A stretch of DNA of 64,000 nt, taken from Clostridia bacterium (lineage in GTDB: Bacteria > Bacillota > Clostridia > Christensenellales > UBA1242). The DNA lies in contig JAGBFI010000038.1 of assembly GCA_017936585.1 (NCBI GenBank), forward strand, positions 46,503 to 110,502. Reading direction: 5' to 3'. The translations under genes and the position numbers were made by a program. The notes beneath the pieces were generated by a model. The model saw nothing but the letters and a program-made list of their open reading frames with translations. It was not told where the DNA came from and did no database searches. Positions 21,392-28,969 of the stretch are shown piece after piece (position 1 is the first letter of the stretch; each line of letters starts with the position of its first letter).

Positions 21392-21540
21392 ATCAAAACT
21401 CCTTAATCAAGATATTGTATATTTTTAGGTATAAACACAATATGTTGTGTATGTATCTCCTATTGATTCCTAAATATTGTATTATAACTTCAGATAAAAA
21501 GTCAAACAAAATCAACTATATCAGAAAAATAATTTAAAAG

Positions 21541-21563
21541 AAAAAAAGCCCTTCACAAGGCTT
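21541..21563 (-). terminator. Rho-independent terminator about 210 nt downstream of the annotated stop of the 154-aa gene
   Basis: The minus-strand read is AGCCTT-GTGA-AGGGCT followed by TTTTTTT. The loop contains the TGA that closes the 73-codon in-frame extension described in the findings. Confidence 0.65.
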
Positions 21564-21774
21564 TCACTTCTGAAACCTCCACACCTTCTTCAGGCTGAGA
21601 GTCTGTCAACTGCTGACTTTCATCCGCTTTTTGCACATCATCTGGATTTTCTGTTGAATTTTCATCAAAAGCTTCGAATGGGGTTACTTCCCCTTCTCCA
21701 GTTCCCACATTTACACCCAAGCCAACTTCAGATTTCTCGTTTCCCGTCTGGCCTTCGCTTGACTCGTAACCCTT

Positions 21775-22239
21775 TTAAGCATCCTTGCCAACAGCTGGAA
21801 TTGACATGGCAAATTCATAGAATTCCGTCATATCCTTGTTCATCAAATCAACATAAATGCATCTACCCTGAAAAACACCTTTCATACCGCGATACAAATC
21901 GAAGCTTTGCAAACCTGGCTCAATTTTGAATACGAGTTCATCAAATGGCAACCCATTGATTTCAACAGGCGCACCAAACTTCAAAGAAACATAAGTGCCG
22001 TTTTGAACTTCCTCTCTATACATTTCATCAGTGATAACCCCAAACGCCGGTAAAGTGTGGCTTCCGTCAAACAAAAGAGGAATTTGTTCCTGCAGCTTTT
22101 CTTGCTGATATTCAGTGATTTCCACCACATTGCCATCAACCAGAATCTCCGCATTTTCAACATACGGCAACACATCAACAACTTCAAAAAAAGACAACAA
22201 CATCATCGGCACTCCCAGAAAAAAGAAAAGAAATTTCAT
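21775..22239 (-). CDS. Hypothetical secreted or membrane-anchored protein (154 aa to the first stop)
   Basis: It has an AGAGGTGA RBS and a hydrophobic N-terminus, MKFLFFFLGVPMMLLSFF. I recognise no family. The TAA stop is followed in frame by 73 sense codons. Confidence 0.6.
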   Translation of the reverse strand: MKFLFFFLGVPMMLLSFFEVVDVLPYVENAEILVDGNVVEITEYQQEKLQEQIPLLFDGSHTLPAFGVITDEMYREEVQNGTYVSLKFGAPVEINGLPFDELVFKIEPGLQSFDLYRGMKGVFQGRCIYVDLMNKDMTEFYEFAMSIPAVGKDA

Positions 22240-22400
22240 AGCTCACCTCTTGTTTAGGCTGTGAAATTTCCCTTCTATTATACATTCCATTTTTTATTTT
22301 AAATTGAAATTCTGAAGATTTTTCTCAGCAAAGCACTACATTTTGTGTTTTTTTTGCTGGAAAAGTAAATTCAAACAATTTATCAAAATTTAAATCATTT

Positions 22401-25400
22401 TTATCCATCAATTTCCCATGCAAGTTTTGGATATGAATTTTGAGCAAAACGCCAAATTTCTTCGTCAAACTGAACGCCTGAATTATAATATTCACCAGCT
22501 TTCAAACTGAAGCAATCTCTCGCCTCCGCCCAAGTGTCAGGCTTTTGCGAAATGAGAGTGGAAGCATTTGTGAAACAATTTTCAATTCTGCCATTTGAGA
22601 CGCCGGCCAGCCCGCCGAAAGAATAATTTCCCAAAACCTCCAAAATTGCATAGCTGTGATTCACGGTTTTTGATGTTTCCGCATTTTCATATGTGCCATA
22701 AAGTCCACCAATCATGCCCTTTCCGGTCATTGTTGAAAGGTCAATCGTGCCATTGAAATAGTTGTTTTCGCTTTTTGCTCTACCATTTCCAACAAGCCCA
22801 CCAACAACAAATTCATCAGCGGTGCCGCTTAAAACAATTCTTGCATTTGTTGCATTTTGTGAAATGTCCAACGATTTATGTGCACCTAAGTTCCCCGCAA
22901 GCCCGCCGGCAACAATCTTTTCCGCACCATTTGATGTGATTGAAATTTTTGCTCTGTTGTCATTTTTGACAATTGAACCTTGCCCTTTCCCACCAGATAT
23001 TTGTCCGGCAATTCCGCCAATTTTCAAATTTTCACCACTTGTGATGATGTTTATTTCAAGCAAGTTGATGCAATTTTCAATCTTGCCGCCAGCATTTTCA
23101 GCCACAACTCCGCCCAATGTCAGGCTTTGACTCGTTTCAAATGAAAGTTTACCTCTGACAATGCAGCCGACAATTTCTCCTGAATTATATCTTGCAATCG
23201 CACCAAACGCTGTCAAATTTGAATAGTTTTTTTCTTGCAAAACAAACTCAACATCTTTGATACTTCCGCAGTTCTTTGCAAAAAATCCGCCACTCTGAGC
23301 ATTGATATTTGTCAGCCTATACCCCTTGCCATCAAGTTGTCCCGTGAAAAGACTCCCTTGCCAAGACTCTCCTTCCATATCGATGTCATTTTCCAGCACA
23401 AAGTTTGAATATTTTGCATTTGAAAGCAGAACTTTCAATTCGTTTGAATTTTTGATTCCCATTTCCTGAGGAATAAGATAGAACGACAGCACAAAAAGCA
23501 CCAAGTTGAGCATGCCTACCCCAAATAATGTTAAAAAAACTGACTTCCAACCTTTGGAGATTTTGCTTTTTTGAATGAAATACAGCGTGAAATTGAGCAT
23601 TCCAATCACAACTGAATAAATCAATGTAACAATCAAAAACTCTTGACTGAAATACATATACACTTCTTTTGGCATAAACAATGATATTGTCAAAAGCAAC
23701 GTTGTGAAAAGAAGTGGGAAAAATTGCAGGAAAATCGTCAAAAATCTCTTCAAAAACTTGTCTTTTTTGATTGTTTTCACTTTGTTGTCATATTCAGGCT
23801 GAGTTTCCTCGCTTGTCTTGTAAACACCGGACAAGTCTTTGCCAACTCCCGTCACAGCAATTGCATTGACGGATGTGTCAAGCGACAAATCCAAAGCGGA
23901 CAATCTGACTTTTGCTTTTTCAGAAATCTCGCAGAAACTTTCAAACTTTTTGATTTTTTCAAGAGATTTAATGTATTTCTTGAAAGGCTCAAGTTGAAGT
24001 CGATAATAATCCAGGCCCTTCTTTGCTTCAAGCCCGTATTCCTTTTCAATTTCAAGCAGAATTTGCTCGTTTCGCAAAACAAAATCTTTTAATTTTGATT
24101 TCAAAGAAATCAAGTCAAGCAAATCATCCACAAACTCTTTGCGCTCGCCCTTAAACAGATTTGATTTGCTGACAATTCCGGCATAAACTTCATCCTCTTC
24201 GTCAGACGAAAGTTCAAGCAAAGTTTCCCACTCTGGCATTTGCGTCACTTTCACCCTAGACATGATGAGGTCATTGTCTGTTTTGCAATGTGCCTTGATT
24301 TTGATCAGCTGCCAATAAAGCGGCCCATTTGTCTTGTCTTTTGAGATAGCAATCGCGAGATATTTTTCCGCTTGCTTGAAAAAGCCCATATCCTGAAAGC
24401 TGTCTGCAATTTGTTTTGCAATCGCCGAAAGTTCTGGCTCTAAGTTGACATAAGAAAGATAAAAATCTAACTGCTCTTCAGCTTTGTTTAAATCCAAAAA
24501 TGCAACCGGCAAAATCAAAGAAGCAACTGTGGAAATGTATTGTGCGCGCGAACTTTCGTTGAGATATTTGAAAACCTCTTGCAGTTCCTCGTGATTTCTG
24601 TATGTCAATTTGTCTTCATCTGTTTTGAAATTTCGAAGAAGAAGGGTAATGTTACTTTGATTATGCCCCGGGTCAAGCTCCAAAATTTTCTTGTAATATT
24701 GCTTATCATCACTGCGCTGAGCCAGTGCAAAATAGAAAGAAATGAATCTGTCAACATCGTTTTTGTCAAAACACTTCAAAACTTTTTCGATCAAAGAATC
24801 GTCCAGAGTTTCAATCGCTTTGCTTTCTGCTTTTGAAACAAAATTTTCACGATTTGGAGAATTGTAGCCCGCCAAATACACCAAAAATGTTTCATAATAT
24901 TCTTCACTATCAAGACCTTCAACCAGTTTTTCCCATCTGTCAACAAAGTCCTCAGCGAAACTCTTTGATGCATATTTCAAAATCATGTCGATCTTTTCTT
25001 TGTCCTTGAAATTGGAAATATTTTGGAAAAATTCTTCTTGCGTTTTGATTTGCTTGTCTGCCAACATCTCAGCAAACAAAATCTCTGCATTGTATGGGTC
25101 TTTTTCAAGCAAATCTTTTGTGAATTCCTTTGCTGAAGCAAAATCACCATTTTTCAATGTCAAATAAATCCACTTGATTTTTGTTTCATCATTCAGATTG
25201 ATGTTGTCAACATCATAGTTTCCAAGGTCAGCCGGAACAACTGTGTCCAAGTCGACATAGGTTCGCTTGTCCGGTTCCACACTTTCCACTTTGACAGTGG
25301 AAATTTTCGCTTCTTGTTTGGTTGTTTTTTGCTTTTGATTTTCAACCATAACTTCCAAATCTTGCAAAAATGAAATTGTCCCCGCCTCAATAACGCTTTT

Positions 25401-26183
25401 GCAAGACGCCAAATCCTTTGGCAAATCCGAAAGTTGCACTTCGTCAAGAATAACAATTGCACTTGTCTTGGCTTTTTTCTTTTGCTTTATGAAATAAAAA
25501 TATCTGTCCAACAAAAATCTATATTCGTTGAACCCTTCCTTACTTGATGCCACAAGCAGCAAAACCTTGCTTGTCTGCAATGCTTGAAAAACATCCTCTT
25601 CCTTCACGCGTGGAGTTTGATGGTGGAGCGAAAACACAGAATTTTTTTCTGAAAGCTTTGCATAGATTTCGTCCACTTTTTCTTTTGCTTTTTCATATGC
25701 AACCGCACACAAAATGATGTCATATGTGCTTTTTGATGCTTTATCCTCGTGTAATTTTTTGATTTTTTCAACACGCTTTGCAATGTCTGTGTACGTTTTT
25801 GCAACCTCTGGAGGGGCAAACTTTGTTGCTTTTTGAAAGTCCACATCCTCACTCAAATTGCAAATTTGGTCAGAGAAAAAATTAGGCTTGTTCCTTGAGC
25901 CTCTTTTGTTGTTATAAAGAACAATTCTGTTCTTCGCAAGAGCCTTGCCAAAATGTGCTTCAAACGATTTTGGATAGAGTGCAATGATTTTGTCAAACTC
26001 CTCAACGGCATCATCAAACTGCATTTGACGCAAAATTTCATATGCACCAACCGTGAGGACTTCTTCCTCTTTTGAGGCGTGTTCGTCCACATACAAAGTC
26101 CCGCAGAACTTGCATTTAACCATGTTCTGCCCGACAACTTTATATTCTCGTCCTCCACAATTTTTACAAACACGCTCTCTCAT
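22401..26183 (-). CDS. 1,260-aa multidomain membrane protein with N-terminal Zn-ribbon, TPR-like repeats, a TIR-like alpha/beta module, three TM helices and an extracytoplasmic GLUG-repeat domain
   Basis: The N-terminus has CKNCGG...CKFCG. Long helical repeat regions follow. The TM cluster is LTIFLQFFPLLFTTLLLTISLF, FLIVTLIYSVVIGMLNFTLYFI and VFLTLFGVGMLNLVLFVLSFYLI. The C-terminal repeats include LGGVVAENAGGKIENC, IGGIAGQISGG, VAGGLAGNLG, VVGGLVGNG, MIGGLYGTYEN and FGGLAGVSNGRIENC. It has an AAGGAAA RBS and starts 8 nt after the ATPase gene. Confidence 0.8.
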   Translation of the reverse strand: MRERVCKNCGGREYKVVGQNMVKCKFCGTLYVDEHASKEEEVLTVGAYEILRQMQFDDAVEEFDKIIALYPKSFEAHFGKALAKNRIVLYNNKRGSRNKPNFFSDQICNLSEDVDFQKATKFAPPEVAKTYTDIAKRVEKIKKLHEDKASKSTYDIILCAVAYEKAKEKVDEIYAKLSEKNSVFSLHHQTPRVKEEDVFQALQTSKVLLLVASSKEGFNEYRFLLDRYFYFIKQKKKAKTSAIVILDEVQLSDLPKDLASCKSVIEAGTISFLQDLEVMVENQKQKTTKQEAKISTVKVESVEPDKRTYVDLDTVVPADLGNYDVDNINLNDETKIKWIYLTLKNGDFASAKEFTKDLLEKDPYNAEILFAEMLADKQIKTQEEFFQNISNFKDKEKIDMILKYASKSFAEDFVDRWEKLVEGLDSEEYYETFLVYLAGYNSPNRENFVSKAESKAIETLDDSLIEKVLKCFDKNDVDRFISFYFALAQRSDDKQYYKKILELDPGHNQSNITLLLRNFKTDEDKLTYRNHEELQEVFKYLNESSRAQYISTVASLILPVAFLDLNKAEEQLDFYLSYVNLEPELSAIAKQIADSFQDMGFFKQAEKYLAIAISKDKTNGPLYWQLIKIKAHCKTDNDLIMSRVKVTQMPEWETLLELSSDEEDEVYAGIVSKSNLFKGERKEFVDDLLDLISLKSKLKDFVLRNEQILLEIEKEYGLEAKKGLDYYRLQLEPFKKYIKSLEKIKKFESFCEISEKAKVRLSALDLSLDTSVNAIAVTGVGKDLSGVYKTSEETQPEYDNKVKTIKKDKFLKRFLTIFLQFFPLLFTTLLLTISLFMPKEVYMYFSQEFLIVTLIYSVVIGMLNFTLYFIQKSKISKGWKSVFLTLFGVGMLNLVLFVLSFYLIPQEMGIKNSNELKVLLSNAKYSNFVLENDIDMEGESWQGSLFTGQLDGKGYRLTNINAQSGGFFAKNCGSIKDVEFVLQEKNYSNLTAFGAIARYNSGEIVGCIVRGKLSFETSQSLTLGGVVAENAGGKIENCINLLEINIITSGENLKIGGIAGQISGGKGQGSIVKNDNRAKISITSNGAEKIVAGGLAGNLGAHKSLDISQNATNARIVLSGTADEFVVGGLVGNGRAKSENNYFNGTIDLSTMTGKGMIGGLYGTYENAETSKTVNHSYAILEVLGNYSFGGLAGVSNGRIENCFTNASTLISQKPDTWAEARDCFSLKAGEYYNSGVQFDEEIWRFAQNSYPKLAWEIDG

Positions 26184-26191
26184 AGTTTTCC

Positions 26192-27340
26192 TTAATTTTG
26201 ATTTGTTGTCTTTTTGTTTTTCTTTATGTAACTGCTAATTTCAGTATTGTAGGCTTCAAAACTTGAAATCTCTTTTTCTGTCACACTTGGTGGCATGCTG
26301 TCTAAAACTCTGTCAAAATCCTCATTCGTCACAAGCACAACTTTGTCCGTTGCAATTGCCTGAAGAAGAGGCTCATCCTTGGCACGGTCACAAAGTTCTT
26401 CAATGTCCGCACCGCTGTAGTTCTCCGTTTGAGCCACAATTCTGTCAATATTGAAGTCTTTGGCAACTGGCACTCTCTTCATATTTTTCTCAAGCATATA
26501 TTTTCTTGCCGCAGCATCAGGCAAAGGAAGATAAATCTTCTGAGAAAATCTACCCGAACGCATTGCCGCACTGTCAATATCCCAAGGTCTGTTTGTTGCC
26601 CCAAGCAAAAGCAGATTTGGATTTCTTCCGGCAAAGCCGTCAATTTGTTGCAAAAATTCGTTCACACGCTTGTCATTGTGAGTGTCAAGCCCACGTTTGC
26701 CAATCAAACTGTCCATTTCGTCAATGAAGATGATGGCACGGTCTTGCTTGTTTGCTTCTTCAAAAAGTGAGTTGATATTTTTCTCGCTGTCGCCCACCCA
26801 TTTGCTGACAATATCTGAGCCTTTGACTGCATAAAACTTTGCGCCGACCTCATTTGCAATTGCCTTTGCAATCATGGTCTTTCCTGTTCCTGGAGGGCCA
26901 TACAAAAGCACGCCGCCACCAGTTTTTTTGCCATACATTTTGTATTTTTCAGGATATTTCACAGGGTTTATCATCTTGATTGTGATGGCTTTTTTCACGT
27001 CTTCAAGTCCCGCAACATCATTGAATGTGATTTTTGGGATTTCCGCTGTTTGCCATTTTTTGAGAGTCTCGTCCTTTTCCTCTTCCACATCGCTCTTTTT
27101 GTCGATTTTTGCAGGCTTCTTGCCCAAGTTGTCCGCAATGTCAACAAGTTTGCGCGCCCTTTCCATGCGAACTTCTTTCAACTTCCCTTTGCTGCGAACA
27201 GCAATCTGCATCATTGTTTCACTTGCAAGCAAGAAATTACGCTTTGCAAGCGCCAAATTTCCTCTCTCTTTCGCTTCTTTACCTTTTTTCATGTAAAGTT
27301 CAAAAGTGTCCGACAAAATTGTGATGTTGTTTTCTGACAT
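26192..27340 (-). CDS. MIT-domain AAA+ ATPase, Vps4/CdvC-like
   Basis: The ATG at 27338-27340 has a GGAGAGGG RBS. The N-terminal roughly 75 aa (ELYMKKGKEAKERGNLALAKRNFLLASETMMQIAVRSKGKLKEVRMERARKLVDIADNL) follow the MIT three-helix pattern. A single AAA cassette follows, with Walker A GPPGTGKT, SKWVGDSEK, Walker B IIFIDEMD and SRH ATNRPWDIDSAAMRSGRF. The C-terminal segment DFDRVLDSMPPSVTEKEISSFEAY resembles the Vps4 C-terminal helix region. Confidence 0.75.
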   Translation of the reverse strand: MSENNITILSDTFELYMKKGKEAKERGNLALAKRNFLLASETMMQIAVRSKGKLKEVRMERARKLVDIADNLGKKPAKIDKKSDVEEEKDETLKKWQTAEIPKITFNDVAGLEDVKKAITIKMINPVKYPEKYKMYGKKTGGGVLLYGPPGTGKTMIAKAIANEVGAKFYAVKGSDIVSKWVGDSEKNINSLFEEANKQDRAIIFIDEMDSLIGKRGLDTHNDKRVNEFLQQIDGFAGRNPNLLLLGATNRPWDIDSAAMRSGRFSQKIYLPLPDAAARKYMLEKNMKRVPVAKDFNIDRIVAQTENYSGADIEELCDRAKDEPLLQAIATDKVVLVTNEDFDRVLDSMPPSVTEKEISSFEAYNTEISSYIKKNKKTTNQN

Positions 27341-27382
27341 ACCCTCTCCGTTTTTCAAATTATGCCTTCCTCAGGCAAAAAA

Positions 27383-27982
27383 TTATTTGTCTGCGTCTGC
27401 TTCGATTTTTTTTCTGAGTTCTTCCATTTCTTTTTCGATGCTTTCTGTTGAAAGTTCGTCTTGCGTTGCTTGCTCCATGATGAATTTTTCAAGTTCTTCA
27501 TCGCTCATTTGCTTGCCACTCTTGTCTTTGCCAGCGTTATAGAATGTTTCTTGGCTCATTTCCATGAAGTTGTCCATTTGGTCTGTTTGAGTTTCAACTG
27601 CCACCATAGCTTCCTCAAACTGAGCTTGAATTTTTGCAAATTCTTTTGCATCAGCAAGCTTTGTCATTTCCTTTGAAATGTCACTCATTCCACGCAAGAA
27701 CTCGCTTGTCATCATTGTCACATCTTTCATTTGAGCAGTGATTTCAAAGTTGAGAAGCATCTCCTGTGCACGCTTTTGTTGTTGAACAGTCATCTTATAT
27801 CCAGAAAGAGCCAAGTTGAATTGTGTGTCCAAATCCTTAAGTTTCGCTCTTTTTGCGGCTTCAATAAACACCTTTTTTTGTTCTTCCAAGCGGTTGATTT
27901 GCTTGTTCATTGTGTTGATTGTTCTTTTAATCAACATCTTCTTCTCGATTTCTTTTTGTTGTTTAGATTTAAAAAGTCCCAT
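27383..27982 (-). CDS. ESCRT-III (Snf7/CHMP-family)-like protein, paralogue B (199 aa)
   Basis: It starts MGLFKSKQQKEIEKK, followed by a basic helical hairpin and then an acidic C-terminal half. The segment MTSEFLRGMSDISKEMTKLADAKEFAKIQAQFEEAMVAVETQTDQMDNFME parallels the alpha3-alpha5 region of CHMP2/3-type proteins. The C-terminal amphipathic tail is SIEKEMEELRKKIEADADK. It has a GGAGGA RBS. Confidence 0.65.
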   Translation of the reverse strand: MGLFKSKQQKEIEKKMLIKRTINTMNKQINRLEEQKKVFIEAAKRAKLKDLDTQFNLALSGYKMTVQQQKRAQEMLLNFEITAQMKDVTMMTSEFLRGMSDISKEMTKLADAKEFAKIQAQFEEAMVAVETQTDQMDNFMEMSQETFYNAGKDKSGKQMSDEELEKFIMEQATQDELSTESIEKEMEELRKKIEADADK

Positions 27983-27986
27983 TTTA

Positions 27987-28598
27987 TCATTCCTCCATCT
28001 TCATTTTTTTCTTTTTGATTGGTTCTTCTTTTTCAACATCTTGCATCAATTCGTTTTCTTCTGCAAGTTGACTCTCTTTTTCAAACATTGTCAAAATTTC
28101 TTCCTCATTCTTGCCAATTCCATAAATTGGTTGATTGAGGTCATATGCCGATTGCACCTCTGTGAAAAGTTCGTCCGCGTTAGTGAGCACATCTTCTGAA
28201 GCCACCCTTGTTACCAAAGCTTTGTTCAAGAATTTTGCCAAGCCACGCTGGTCTTGCAAAAGCTCGCTGAGCGGAACCTTTGTTTGAGTTTTATAGAACG
28301 CGTTGCTGTCATATGCTTCTTTCAACTTGTTCATAAGCCTGATGTTGTAAAGCAAATACATCCCTCTTTCCATGCAAGTCTGTTTTTCTTCGTGTAGATG
28401 AGAAATCTTCTTTGCATAGAAAAGTTGAAGTTCTTTGTTCTTCTCTTTCTTCCCCTTTTCCATGAGCGCATCAATTTCTTTCAGCTTTTGATAGACTTCC
28501 GCTTCCACCGTACGCTCTTGTCTTTCAAGTTCGCAAATGGAATTGACCAAATCCTCTCTGTTTATTTTCTTAAATTTGTTACGTCTAAATGGCCACAT
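27987..28598 (-). CDS. ESCRT-III (Snf7/CHMP-family)-like protein, paralogue A (203 aa)
   Basis: It has an AAGGAG RBS. The basic N-terminus is MWPFRRNKFKKINRED. A long coiled-coil hairpin follows (ELERQERTVEAEVYQKLKEIDALMEKGKKEKNKELQLFYAKKISHLHEEK...), then an acidic C-terminal region ending EEPIKKKKMKMEE. The overall layout is Snf7/CHMP4/CdvB-like. Confidence 0.55.
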   Translation of the reverse strand: MWPFRRNKFKKINREDLVNSICELERQERTVEAEVYQKLKEIDALMEKGKKEKNKELQLFYAKKISHLHEEKQTCMERGMYLLYNIRLMNKLKEAYDSNAFYKTQTKVPLSELLQDQRGLAKFLNKALVTRVASEDVLTNADELFTEVQSAYDLNQPIYGIGKNEEEILTMFEKESQLAEENELMQDVEKEEPIKKKKMKMEE

Positions 28599-28609
28599 AA
28601 ACCGCTCCT

Positions 28610-28969
28610 TTAATAATTATCCCCTTCGTTTATTTTGTAAATTCGCTCAAGCAAATTGTCATATTTTTTTCTCAGTGTTTCATCCGCAAGTTCCAGTGCT
28701 TTCTGACATTCAGGCAAATATATCGCGCTTTTATATTTCACCGGATTTGAAAACAACTCGTCCTCATTTGACATCTCAAATTTGACAAGCATCTGCCCCC
28801 AATAGGCATCCGCACATTTTTCGTCATATTGAGCCGCAAGCAGAAAGTTCAGTTTTGCTTGCTCAAAAAAGCCGTCCGTCAAATTCAGATATCCAAGCTT
28901 GAGTTCTTTCAAAACCCTTTCCGCCACCTCCGCAGGCAGCCCTTGCGATGTTTGATAAGTTCTTTTCAT
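28610..28969 (-). CDS. Small (119 aa) helical TPR-like protein
   Basis: The start overlaps the upstream stop (TGATG). The sequence GFFEQAKLNFLLAAQYDEKCADAYWGQMLVK is TPR-hairpin-like. It resembles residues about 55-85 of the 1,260-aa protein in the same operon. Confidence 0.5.
   Translation of the reverse strand: MKRTYQTSQGLPAEVAERVLKELKLGYLNLTDGFFEQAKLNFLLAAQYDEKCADAYWGQMLVKFEMSNEDELFSNPVKYKSAIYLPECQKALELADETLRKKYDNLLERIYKINEGDNY

Noticed and set aside
27383-28598. Calling the two coiled-coil proteins PspA/LiaH homologues
   Set aside because: They are shorter than typical PspA. Their N-terminal MGLFKSK and MWPFRRNK starts, their basic-core/acidic-tail polarity and the adjacent MIT-AAA gene fit Snf7/CHMP logic better. 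PspA cannot be strictly excluded without profile searches, so the alternative is listed as a refutation criterion rather than adopted.
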